Shown: positions 1-12,190 of the stretch, one piece after another | How positions within the stretch are numbered: the first letter of the stretch is position 1 | Layout of the letters: each line of letters begins with the position of its first letter | DNA from: Camelus ferus | Taxonomy: Eukaryota | Assembly (NCBI RefSeq): GCF_009834535.1 | Contig: NC_045696.1 | Location: 78,618,001-78,682,000, forward strand | Direction: 5' to 3' | DNA length: 64,000 nucleotides | Notes under the pieces: generated by a model | The model's input: the letters and a program-made list of their open reading frames with translations, nothing else | Told to the model about the DNA's origin: nothing | Database searches by the model: none | Position numbers and translations under genes: made by a program

Positions 1-1709
1 CAATCCACAACTGGAGAGGATTAGCTTATAACTGCTGCCACTATCAGCAAAACAGCAAGAAGTAGACAGTTCATTTTACAGAAACTTAATGGAGTGTATG
101 GCTCTCGCTGCTTAATACAAGCACTGTCAAGGCATCTAAGCAAAAAGTCTCAGCTGTCACCACAGACAGGCTGAGGAGAATTATTTGTCACAGTAGACTA
201 GATAAAGCACCATTAGAACGGCGCATGGTGCCGCTACCATACGTCTCCATATTGTAGCCAGAGACAACATGCTTATGGTTGCCACAGACATATGACAAAG
301 GCACGTCCTCAAAAGACTTTCATCACATAATAGATATGAGAGTTTAACATTATGTCCTTAGCATTTCAAAGGTGACAGCAGCCCAAGAAGGGTTGATAAT
401 ATCTTTATAAGTATATACATTTACTTATGAATCCACATATTTATTTTATATTTTATGAAGAAGTTACCCACACACAAATACACACTCACACAGACATTCC
501 CACACATATAACCTAGCAATATCTGTGAGTCAACTTTTTGGATAATTTTTTCTATGCAAATCTAAGAGCCTTTGATTTGACTATTAAGAACATATATACA
601 AATTACTACTGAAAACCTGAAAAATTAAAAAAAATGCATATCATGAACAAATTATATATTCTCATCATCTTCTTTATCAGGACACATGAGAATATATATA
701 TTTGCCTAACTGGTAAAAAAAATCAAACTATCACTTGAGATTACCAATTATAATAAGTTTCTGATACCAAGATAAATTATAGTTTCTTTGGCTATGCAGA
801 AATCCACCACTTTCACTTGAAAATAAGTCCTGTATATATAATTTAGCACAGCCCTAATTAAGCAACAATTTCTACAGAAATGTGGTTTCAGAGGGAGAAA
901 ACAAAAATAAAAGTCTCTGCTTAAAAATTGATGCAAAGGATAAAAATAAATAATGCACTTAAATCTAATTTCACTAAATCAAAGTATGTAACTAAATATT
1001 TTTAAAATAGGGGCTTGTAATTAATTTCTACTTAAATATCCTTCTATGTTTCTTTTAATTTATTAGGATTTTAATCTGAATAATACTTACAAATGGCTAC
1101 TCATAAAATTAGATAAGTAACCGTTTCAGAAATAAATACAGACCATTATTTCCACTTCTAGTCATTCGTTCACTCATTCAACCTACATACTAAAAGCTAA
1201 CTAAGTGATAGGTATTTAGCCACTGGGGATTAATCTGAGGGATAAAGAGAGTGAGACATGGATCATTTTCTCAAATAGCTTATAACACAGAGATGAAATA
1301 TGCACACAAATAAATATAACATAGGAGAGAAGGTGCCACGAGAGGAAACCTTCCATTGTTAAGACAGCTGGAAGCCAGGACAGATCAAGTCTGTCCAGAA
1401 AATGAGCAGTGGTGGAAAAGGGGATCCCCAACCACAGCATTCAATGGGACACTCTTCTAAGTCCTGAAGTTAAAATAAGTGAGTGAATATCTCATATTAC
1501 AAAATCAGAACACACTAATTGCAACAATTATGATCCCAAAGACTTCGCGAGTGAATCCCTTCTATCCCATTTATTGAGAACTAAAAATGATAGAGTTTTA
1601 AGCTAAGGAAGGATATGATCAGATTTGCATTTTAAATGTCTCACTCTGCTGCAGTGTGGAGATGGAAATGAGAGAGGAAAAAGATTGTATATAGAAAGAC
1701 TCCCTAGAA

Positions 1710-2250
1710 GGTACAGAGAAGAGAGTGAACGGAATAGGCCTGAGACTGCTATCCTCACAACGGCCTGTTGGCCAGGTTGGCCCTTGGTTGGCATCTGGAA
1801 ACTTTGATTTCAAGAGTTTGCTGGCATCACCTGATAAGAATATGTAGCTGCGCCTAACCTATTTGTGGAAACAATAAAGTTTATGCTGAACACCTGATTT
1901 TCTTCTAAGAGACCAGAATCTTGGATGTGTCTGACAAAGAGTGTGTATGTGGTTCATTTCCAATAAAAACCCTGGGCATTGATCTCCAGTGAGCTTCTCT
2001 AGAGACAACATTGCACCCATGTTGTTATGAGTCCTTGCTGGAGGACTTACACATGTCCTGTGTGACTCCGCTGGGAGGGGACCCTTGGAATCTTGTGCTT
2101 GGTTTCCTCCAGGCTCTACTCAATGTGCCGTTTGCCTTTATTGGTTTATTTTGGTACCCTTTCACTGCAATCAGTCATGGCCATGAATACAACTATATGC
2201 TGAGGCCTAGAGAAATAGCAGACTTGGGGATGGTCTTGGGGTCCCTGACA
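1710..2250 (+). mobile_element. Solo LTR, MER68 family (ERVL)
   Basis: Matches recalled MER68 motifs: 'ggcctgagactgctatcct', 'ggttggcccttggttggcatctgg', 'caataaaaaccctgggca', 'tacaactatatgctgag', ending 'ggtcttggggtccctgaca'. Apparent 5-bp TSD TAGAA at 1705-1709 and 2251-2255. Confidence 0.85.
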
Positions 2251-2314
2251 TAGAAGCCTTCATTGTCTCAAAGGTAAAGGAGGTCTGAACTAGTGCAATG
2301 ATAAAAGAGATGAG

Positions 2315-2415
2315 GGGCCAGTAAAAGTAAGTGGTTAAAAGCAGGGCCATCTGATTCAAACAGACTTAGATGCAAATTTCAGCTCCAGCACTGATCAACC
2401 ATGGGCAAGGTATAT
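2315..2415 (+). mobile_element. MIR SINE 5' fragment
   Basis: 'agtggttaaaagcagggc...cagacttagatgcaaatttcagctccagcact...atgggcaagg'. Confidence 0.7.
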
Positions 2416-2659
2416 TCCTATGAAACGTTTCATAGGAGATGCCTAGCACCAGTTGGATATCTTCAACAGAAGATAGTCACAAGATCTACATGAAACGCAT
2501 TTCTGCAGACAGAGGCATGAGAACCATGAAAATACATGAGTTCACCTGGACAGAAAGTCTTTAGTGAGAAGAAGAGTAAGCCCAGATCTCAGTCACAGAA
2601 ATTAACTGTTAGGGACAGAAAGTAAGAGAGGAACCCAAGATGGAGTTAAAGCAGTAAGT

Positions 2660-2826
2660 CTTGTAGTCTGAGTCCTAGACCAGCAGGATCAGCATCACCT
2701 GGAAACTTGTTACGAATTTTCCTCCTCTACCCATACCTATAGAAGAAGAGAATCTAGGGTCCAATAATCTGTGTTTTACAAATACTCCAGGTGGTTCTGA
2801 TGCATGCTGAAGTTTCAAAACCACTG
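2660..2826 (+). mobile_element. MER5A (hAT-Charlie) DNA transposon
   Basis: 'gaccagcaggatcagcatcacctggaaacttgtta', 'ctgtgttttacaaatactccaggtggttctgatgcatgctgaagttt', and a terminal 'aaccactg'. Confidence 0.85.
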
Positions 2827-3689
2827 AAATAGTGTATAAAACTCTAATCAGTAACTCAGAGTCTAAACATATAGTCATAAAGCTGAAGAGAGCCATATCA
2901 TTAATGTGCATAGAAAGTGGTGAGAGAAGACTGTCAAAGAGGGATGGTCTAGGAGTGTCATTGTCTACCCAGAAGCCCAGCAAGAAAAGAGCTTGGATGT
3001 ACTCACTGCATTTGGCAACAAAGCTTTACCAAAAACAATTTTACTAAAGCATGGGGGCAGAAGTCAAATGGCAGAAGGTAAAGAATAATGGAAGGTGAAG
3101 AGATAAAGACACAGAGAGCCTACTATTCTTTCAAGAATTTTAAGTGTAAAGGGCCAGGGAGTCATGTCAGCTTTTGTTATTTCATATTGTTTTTTTTCAA
3201 GGTAGGAGAAAGTTGACATGAGCACAGAGAGAAAGAAGCTGATAATAAATAGATGAAAGAAAGAGGACAACCAGTAGAGCAAAGAAAAGGACTGGAAAAA
3301 AAAAAAGAGAGAGAGAGAGAGAGAACATGCAGAAAGGTGAGGTGGAGAGAAGGATTAACAGGAAGCTGGGGAGTACAAATCAAAGTATAAAACATATATT
3401 TGCAGTAGAGCCATTTTTTTCCCAAGCTGCATGATTTCCCTTCCATATTGTGCATCTGAGAAGATTTAAAGCATAGAGATTGAAATGTAATAATCTTTTC
3501 TACATTCCTGGTACCTAATACAGTAGATATTCAATACATGGTTCATAAAAGAAAATTTTATTAAAAGGACAGATCTCATGTTAAGCACTCTTTAAAGTAA
3601 AATAAAATGAAAGAAGAATTGATGTAACAAGAGGAAAAGGAGATAAAAAGGGGAGAGGGAAAGAGAGGAGAGAAAAAACTGATGGCTGA

Positions 3690-3882
3690 GAGGTTTGTAC
3701 TGGAAGCGCTACTTCCAGCTCACAGGAGAGATGTGTACATCTCTCCTCAACTCCAATTTCAGTGTTGGGATTGTGGTGGTTTGAGATTAACCGTGATGGG
3801 TGTATTTACACCATAGAAATAGGCAAACATAGGGCTTACTTTTCTGAAGAGTCGGCTATTAAATATTACCAGCATATGACTC
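3690..3882 (+). mobile_element. MER63A-like (hAT-Blackjack) DNA transposon
   Basis: 'catctctcctcaactcc', 'gtatttacaccatagaaataggcaaac', 'ttaaatattaccagca'. Similar to the copy at ~31882. Confidence 0.75.
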
Positions 3883-4469
3883 GGAAATGCTAAGTAGTGG
3901 CAGAACAAGGAAGCAAGAACTAGCCATTTAATGTTTACTTACTCTGGACTCCATCAGCAAAGCTATGAGAAAAGTAACTGATGTTTGTATTAGGCACCTA
4001 TAAACTAGGTCTCAGACAGTTAAATAATTTCGTAGCTCATAAGGGATTTACACTAAAATCTGTCAACTCTAAAACTTACTTTCATGTTTCCCATGCTTGC
4101 TTTGTCATCAAAGCCATCTGGATCTCTGGTTGAAACATATATATTTCTGTGTCTCTCTCCAGTCCTACAAAATCAGAATCTCTAATGGAAGGACTTGGAA
4201 ATCTAATGACCTATGTGATTGTTATTAGCAGGCAAATCTGGAAAATCCTGCACTATATCACACTGTCTCAGCAGTTCCTTCTTTGGTTTACTATTCTGGG
4301 TTACGAGTATAAAAGGACTCAGAGCTGCAGTCCAGCACAGGATTAAAAATTGGGTACTAGCTAGTAATGTACGTTGTAGTCCTCAGTAACATGAAACATG
4401 TAAAGAATGAGAAGGAAGAACAACCTGCAAAGGTCAGAGTGAAGTTGCCTAGACTTGGGGGCAGGATCC

Positions 4470-4660
4470 TCTGGTCAGAGATGATCAGGTCTTACGAATC
4501 CTCTGAACAATGCCCATGAAATAATTTCCATTTTACAATGGAGGAAAAGAAGGCTCGGGGGGCAGAGGTAAGAAACCTGCTTAGAGTTGCATCAAAGGTA
4601 AGTAGTAAAGACAGGAGTTAAACAACAGGATGATCCCATGTTCCAACCACTTTGCATTGC
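4470..4660 (-). mobile_element. MIR SINE
   Basis: MIR core in reverse: 'ccattttacaatggaggaaaagaaggctc...agaggtaagaaacctgc'. Confidence 0.75.
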
Positions 4661-5309
4661 CTTTACACCCTTTGATGGATTTAAGCTTTAGGAAACAAAT
4701 TGTAATACTGGCAATGATTATGTCAAAGCATCAGCTTTGGTATAGATAATAAAACTGATAAGATCATTTTTCTCCCTTTAAGTTATACTCTAAAGTAGCT
4801 GACTAACTAAAGAAGGAAAGTCCTCAGTCAGTCTTATTAGTTATTTGCATCTAAAATAAATGAACCACTAAATTTAAACAGCTATATTCTAGAACTATGT
4901 AAATATCACGGAAAAGTCAGGAAATCTGTAAACCATTTCATAAATTACAAAGCAATGCACGTGTAACATGACAGAGCTCCCAGAACCCTGCCAGCACCTG
5001 GCAGGAATTTTCATTAGGCACGTGGTATTAATCTCAATGATTCCTCACCCATCATTACTCTTCAGGGTGCTGACATGCTGTACATGATGGGAGCCTTAAC
5101 TGGAGGTCTGTCCTCCATCCAGCCAGAAAGCTGAAGAGCAAGCACGAACAAGAAAATGAACTGCACCAAGACAGGGCTTGTACCAAGGACTGATGATTCA
5201 TGGGTTTGAGGGAATAAACCACAACCTGAGGATAAAGTCTTTAACTTGGATTTCTAAACAAAAAGCCAGCATTTCTTACTATACACAAATCAGCTTTTTC
5301 CTTTTTTCA

Positions 5310-5605
5310 GGAAAGCAAGGTAGCCATACTGGTTAAGAGTGTGAGCTCTAGAGTCAATCTGTGTAGGTCTGAATTCTAGCTCTGTTACTTAATAGCTGTG
5401 TAACCTCAAACAAGCATGTTAAAAAAACAAAACAAAACAAAAACAAAAAAAACCACCCTCTTCGTGCCTCAGTTTCCCCATCTGCAAAATAAAAGTATTA
5501 ATAGCAGTACCTTCCTCAAGAGTGAAGGCTGGATTAGTTAAAAAACTCACAAAACATTTAGAACAGTGTCTGACGTGTACTAACCATGAATAAGTTTGCT
5601 AATAC
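5310..5605 (+). mobile_element. MIR SINE with internal (CAAAA)n expansion
   Basis: 'ggttaagagtgtgagctctagagtc', 'gtgcctcagtttcccatctgcaaaat', 'tttagaacagtgtctg'. A/C-rich insert at ~5421-5452. Confidence 0.9.
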
Positions 5606-7824
5606 TCTTTCTGTTACTCTTTCAAACAAACTGTCCCTGAGCCTAACTATACCAGATATGAATTAGAAAGTTTATGCTGACAGTAAGATAACTTATTTAG
5701 CAATCTGAAGTGAAAATATTTCATTAGGAAGGTTTAATAAGAAGGTCTCTGGAAAATAGTAAGTTACCGTACAAGATCGTAGGAATGTATATGACTATTC
5801 ATACTGTCCTACAGGAGAATTTGAAAACCTTATTACAGTGAGTCTGAGCTCTTACTGCACTAGCCTGCTCACTAATTGTCTCACTTGTTTAGTTGGAGGA
5901 AGGGGAACTGATAGCTGGGAAAACTGAAAAATCTTTCTCTCTCTCTCTCCCTTTCACTCTCTGTAACTTACACACAATTTACAGACACAGCAAGCATAGT
6001 CACACTCTAAGCACATTAAATTCAAATCTTTTGCTAAACAGTTGATCCTTACGAGAAAAAAAAAATAAGGTCATAATAGATCCTACAGAGAGAATTTAGA
6101 CTCAACTTTAGAGTTTATGAAAACTGTTCTTTTAGAGGCATTGTTATCCAGATAAATAATGGAAAAAAGAGAATTTACTAGAAGCAAAGATCTTTGTTAG
6201 TGAGGAGCCAAATTATAAAACTCTGCCGTTCTGCAATGATTTCTTCGTATGTTGTACTTTCAAACATTCTCTCTAGATGAGATCAAGTAAATGTATTCAC
6301 TTTAAATATCTGATTATTCACCCAAAGATGAAAAGGACTCTAAGAGAACCTCCCTTGATATCAGAATTATGTAGATCATTCCTGAGCACTGGTCCCAGTC
6401 CTTGCCCAACTACTGATTCTAATTACTTTCTCAGGTATTGCTCCCTCAGGATGGCCTAAAAATATAGCCTACTACCCCATCTTTTAAAAAGGAAATACTT
6501 TGTTCCAAAATGAAGACTCCATTAGTCTATAAGACATTTTATAGAACTCTAGGCCAGCTTTCTTCATAACAAAATGCTGAATAACATCTCTCAATCAGGC
6601 AATTTCCATAATGAAGATTTGGACATGACTCACTATTATACCTATTTTATACTGAAATCTCGTTTTTAAAACATAACTCACAAAGGTATATGTCTTTCCT
6701 TAAGAGTATTATTAAAGCAACAATGAAAAGTTTAAAAATCATTTCAGCCGAGAGAATAACATTTTTGATAATTGTGGAAAAGACTTATGTCTGATGAGGT
6801 ATTTTGGCCAAGAGAAGCAAAACAGAAACAACAACAAAAATTGCAAAACATCAAAACTCGTAAGCCAACTAATCAACTAAACAAAAAAACTAGAAAAGTC
6901 ATCTTTGAGCATGTCTGTATATTCTGTGCTAACATTTCATGCTTATATGAGGATTTGAAATTCATGACTATTAAAAGACTAAACTTTCTGAAAGAGAAGG
7001 AAAAAAGTACAAATGTGTTACATTACAGCAAATGCTGAGATAGTAACCATAATTCTTCAAAGGTCTTTAAGTGTACAAGGTGCACTTTGCACTTCTGTCT
7101 TCTCCCTGATCCAAGTACCAGCTGCCCTGCCAGCAAGGCGATGGGAAGCTTGCACTTCCACGCCCCTTCCCTCTGGCGTTGCCACCACCTTCTAGTGACA
7201 GGCTGTCTTTCACCCGAGACAACGGAGGTGTCCTCTGAGCTCACTGAGCTTCAGCAGACAGGCTGAAAGCTTGTACTAACAACACAACAAACCGTGAGTT
7301 GGCAAGTACTTCGCAGCCTGTTGTGATTTTATCTGTCATGCTTTTCTACTTGTCTGGCTAATCCAAACACAATTCCCGATTCACCCTTCTCCCTCTGAGG
7401 GACCTAGGAAATACACACAAAGAGCCAGGCTGCAAAAGTATATAGTTCGTGACTTTGTCCTCAGAAGACCACTGGGAGGCTCAAAGAGCCTTGTCTGCCT
7501 CAAGATGAATGAGAAACATTGTTATTGGGTATCTTTCAGTTTGTCTATCCCCAGAGGATCAGCCAAGGTTCTTAGTCTATCGATATCCCTCACAGCCTTC
7601 AGACAGTGAATAATGTCTGTTGAATCAGGGGGTCCCCTCTTGAAGAGATGTTAGTTCTGCTTTCTCCTCAGTCACACCTGCAGTTGCTGTGGTTGTATTA
7701 TTAGGAAGGGGAAATCTGTTCACCTCTCTGGACTCCGTACCAGCAGCAACTGTGGAGAAAGGAAACATGTGATACTAGTGGAAACCTGCTTTTAAATGTT
7801 TTCCCTTGCATTTCACCGAAATAG

Positions 7825-8100
7825 CTATAGCTGGCATTTATTGGCTATCTATTTCCTGTCACGTAGTGCTCAGTGTTTCCGTGCATTATCTCAATTAGTC
7901 CTCTTCACACTACCACCATCACCACCACCACCACCAACAAAAAACTAAAGAACTATGAATGAGTACTGTTACTGTGCCCAGTTTATTGATGATGGCATTA
8001 AGGTTTAGCGAGGTTATACAGCTTGTCCAAGGAAATAATGGTATTGGAATTTGAACCCAGAAGACTAAATTCAGAACTTAGTAACTTAATAGCTATGTTA
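7825..8100 (-). mobile_element. MIR SINE with internal (CAC)n tract
   Basis: 'cattatctcaattagtcctc', 'gaggttatacagcttgtccaagg', 'ggaatttgaacccag'. (CAC)n at ~7912-7935. Confidence 0.8.
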
Positions 8101-9534
8101 TTCTACTGAGAGGAATTTAGTCACTGCTCTATTTACTTATGTAACTGTGGGTTTGGTTTTGTTGGCATTCAATAAGCAACAGCTTCTTTTTTGTTTACTT
8201 AATACTGATGAGATAGATACAATGAGTAAAATATAAAACTTAATTTTCTTTTCAAACAACTTTTTAAACATTGGGATAATTCATATTTATACCCAATTTG
8301 TAATTTTATTCCAATTTTTAAAAATTCAAGCAAGAAAAGTCTTATACAATATCTTTTAAAATCTTATCTACTGAATGAATGCTAAATATTAAGTTATTTT
8401 AAATATCAGGTTTAAAGGTGGAGTTGTGACTATGTAACTATTAAAGGATGAATTAATTGCATTGTGTTTTCATATACAGCATAAGATAAGAAGGATCACG
8501 GAGGGTTGATTACCAAGATGGCTCTTTAAAAGATTTGTATATATACACGGCAGGGAGGAAAACTATGGTTTTGATTAATCAGTTGAGAAGGACCACAAAA
8601 GGGAGAGGTAGGAAGACAGTAAGGAGATTTAGAAAATAAGTCTGGTTTCCAAAAAGAGAATTTTGCTTTACTTCTTCATGTTTCCAAAACACTACTTTCT
8701 TGGAATAGTAGGAATACCTAGCAACAACCCAAAACAAGGTGTTTTGACCCTTAACAACTAATGTGAAGACACAAATAATACCATAATCTCTAAGCGAAAG
8801 AAATGACAGTATTCCTCATTTGTGCCATTTTCAAATATGTAGGTGATTGCTGACCTAAAAAAGCCCTAACAGGCAATAAATACCAAGGAATTTAAAAAAA
8901 AATCTTGGGCTCTCATATTTAATAATCTCATATTCTATTTGCTGCAAGTTTATCAAAATGATTAACTCAGTAACAAAATTTTTCAGAAGAGTTTTGATTT
9001 ATGGACTTCTTTTCATTGGCTCTTTCAGCTTTCTAATGCCACATTTTGGTGTGAAATGCCTAAATTATCCTTCTAAAACTACCTATATTTGCTCAAGATC
9101 TCTGCCTTCAATTCTCATTCACTGCTGTGATCATAAATGGCATCATCTCCCTGAGTGCTAATTTGTCAGTAAATAACAAAAGCCTTTGAAATCTGCATAC
9201 CTTTTGACCTAGATATTTCTAGCCGTTTATCATGGAAAAGTGCACATAATTAGCTACAAGGACTATGTCTTATTTATAATATTTTAAAAAATAGAAAACA
9301 TTTCTAATGTCTACTACTAGGGAGCTGATAAAATAAAATGTAGGACCATCAATACAACAGAATACTATTAAAGAAGGTAATTTAGATGTAGAGTGCCTGG
9401 CACATAGTCAGTGCTAAATAAATAATTGCTTAATCTGAAGATGAACAAATATTCACTGAAATTTGCAATCATTTAAAAAAACTGCTGAAAGTAGTTTTAT
9501 CCAACCTTTATTAATTGTATATTTTTTACTCACA

Positions 9535-9795
9535 TAATAATATAGTTAACATCTACAGGGAGCTTGCTATGTGCAAGGCACAATACTAAGTGCCTTATAT
9601 AAATTAATACATTTAATCCCCATAACAGTCCAATGGGGGATATGGTATTATTATCCCCACTCTATAGCCTAAAAAAAACAAAACAGAAGCATAAGGAAAA
9701 TAAATAACTTGCCCAAAGTCAAAGAGTTAGTAAACGACAAGGCAAGGATTTGAAGACAGTCAATCTGTCTCAAGAGTCTGTGCTCTTAACCAGAA
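9535..9795 (-). mobile_element. MIR SINE
   Basis: 'ctatgtgcaaggcacaatactaagtgc', 'catttaatccccataac', 'taacttgcccaaagtc', 'ggatttgaa'. Confidence 0.9.
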
Positions 9796-10357
9796 AATCT
9801 GCTTGCCTCATACCATATTCTACTGCTTATACAGAAAAGTCTGAAAGGCTATTCAGCATGAGAATAATGTGAAAGTGGTTATTTTTAGTTACCAGATTAA
9901 TATCATTTTTCTACAATAAATGTGAATTAGTCTGTCATTCTTTCTTAAGTGGAAAAAAATGTCTTCTGACCACAGAATGAGCTAGAGTCAAGAACAGTAA
10001 GAGGTCTCATGACTGAGAACTACTAACACAGACCCAAGGAAGGGATTCTGATATCCCATAGCTCCACATCTTTAGATAGATATCTCTGAATTGTCAACAA
10101 ATCTGATCAATGACTCCTTCTGAACCTTGACATCTCACAGAGTAGAAGAACAATATTGTTCTAATCCATCAACATTTCCCTCTTGCTCTCACCAATTTGA
10201 AGTCACCTTACTGATGTCTATTTTCCCCATTAAGGCTGGTGCAAAGTTGTTATGCTTCTACACCATGCCTTCCACTAGCAGAAAATTGGAATCAATATTT
10301 TAGAAGATTTCTATGATACAGTGAGCTCAGCTGGTACTCCTACAATATAGCCGAATG

Positions 10358-10437
10358 CAGTGATTCTCAACCCTAGCTACTGTATTTTTTAAAACTCCGC
10401 AGTGATTCTGATGCACAGCCTGGGTTGAGAGTTTCTG
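10358..10437. mobile_element. Internally deleted MER5-like hAT remnant
   Basis: Both ends retained ('cagtgattctcaacc' ... 'gtgattctgatgcacagcctgggttgagagtttctg') with most of the interior missing. Confidence 0.6.
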
Positions 10438-11204
10438 CAGTATATATATTACAGCATAGTTTGTCAATCAACTTGTGGTACTTCAGTGGCCAGAATCACA
10501 ACATTAGTATATGAAACTGAGTAACACTCAATTTCAAAATATGTATTATTATGCATATTGTTATATATACAACTAATAAAAATCTTTGCAACTTCATTTA
10601 CAATGGGAAAATAAATACGAATAATAAGAATGGGTTATTAAATTTAAATTAACATATCTGATTAAAATATTATATTTACAAAAGAATGTAAGAGCAAGTG
10701 TAAATGCAAAACTGAAAAATCAAGAGAAAGGGAGCTTCTGAATGTAACCAAGACAGGTGCATTTCCAGTGAATAATCACAGACCTACTGATCAAACTAAT
10801 ACTGTTCTAAGTGAAATCATGCTGGCTTTAAATAATAGAGCTTCAATATGCATACAGTAGTATCCAGGATTTAGTAAAATTGACAAAGGACCAAGAAGAC
10901 ACATAGCAGCAAAGAATAAGTATCTGAGATGGTACAAACTCAAAATGCATGCTATCTTTCTCTAGGATATTTAACTGTCATGCGAGATGCAGATCTTCAA
11001 TTAAAGTTAGGCGAGAGCACTTGACCATCATTTGTTAAACCACTAAAGATAAAAATAAAAATAAAAATAAATTTTAAGTACCGACAACAAAATTAAAAAG
11101 CACTTTTGTCAGTAGGTTAGTAGGAACTTGAAGTACACACCAAATCTTTAAAACACACACTATATCTGCAGCTGGTTTTGTTCTTCAGCCTATTCCCAGT
11201 GACC

Positions 11205-11230
11205 GTGTGTGTGTGTGTGTGTGTGTGTGT
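11205..11230. repeat. (GT)n microsatellite
   Basis: 13 GT units seen directly. Confidence 0.95.
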
Positions 11231-11399
11231 ACACATTTACTTTGTTTCACTTATGTATAATTTTCTGGTTAAAGTAAAATTGTGCTGACTGCTTCCTTGA
11301 ACACATCCTTCACATCTGTAACTCCACACGTGCTTGTTTCTCCAACCACTTCATCATCTGTTCTTTCTCAGGTTTCTCTTCTCTGAGATTACGAAGATA

Positions 11400-12190
11400 G
11401 AAGTTTTACCAATCTGTAATCTCTGTGGAGGATGATCCATGGCTTTAAATATAATCTATATGCAAGCCTACGACTGTGTTACCAACCCTGGCCTCTTGCA
11501 GAGGACCCTGACTCACATGTGTAACTCTAGCATAGCATCTCCATTTGTATATCTAATAAATAGACTTCTCAGCTCAGAACTCATAATTCCCTTCCCCTAC
11601 AACCAACTGTATTCCTCCACAAGACATCTTCTCAGCAAATGGAAACTAGTTATTCCAAACAAAAAATTAAGTTACACTTAATTCCTTGTTTTCCCTCAAC
11701 TCCCAAATTTACTGTCATTAAATCCAGAGCCCATCTACTTTTCTGCCTCTCCACTATTATCACACTTTTCCAAGCCACTACACATCTAAACTAGATTTCT
11801 GCAATGGACTCCTGTCTTACACTCCCCCTCCTAACAATATATTCTCGAAAAAGCAACTAGAGAGATCTTTTAAAAATCCCTTAAAAATTTAAATAAAAGC
11901 ATGTCAACTGCCTATTTGAAACTCTCCTGTGAGTCCCAGTATCATTTAAAATAAAAATCCAAATTCGTAAGTCTGGCCTACAAAGCTCTACATAATCTTG
12001 CTCCTGCCAAATTTTCCAGCCTCATTTGGTTTTGTTCTATCCTGCGCACTGTAGTCTTCACCCAGTGACCAGCTTTGCATTTCAAGAACATTCCAAATTC
12101 ATTTCCAAGTTTGTGTCTCTATACCCTTCTCAGAGATATTTATATGTTGGGGGGCAGGTGAGACTGCTTTTTCCTCATTCCTAATGTTTC
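11400..12190 (+). mobile_element. L2 LINE fragment
   Basis: Pyrimidine-rich L2-like motifs: 'ctttaaatataatctatatgc', 'agagagatcttttaaaa', 'aataaaaatccaaattc', 'tggcctacaaagctctacataatct'. Confidence 0.75.

Larger units (their letters stand above)
1160..3460 (-). mobile_element. Fragmented L2 LINE, interrupted by MER68, MIR and MER5A
   Basis: 'tcattcgttcactcattcaac' at ~1162 is the reverse complement of the L2 3' tail. It is followed by purine-rich degenerate L2-like sequence. Boundaries are loose. Confidence 0.55.

Noticed and set aside
3943..3962. 20-nt minus-strand microexon-like motif (catag|...AGA|gtaagt)
   Set aside because: It lies in what looks like a degenerate MIR whose 'cttact' motif supplies the donor, and it is frame-shifting.
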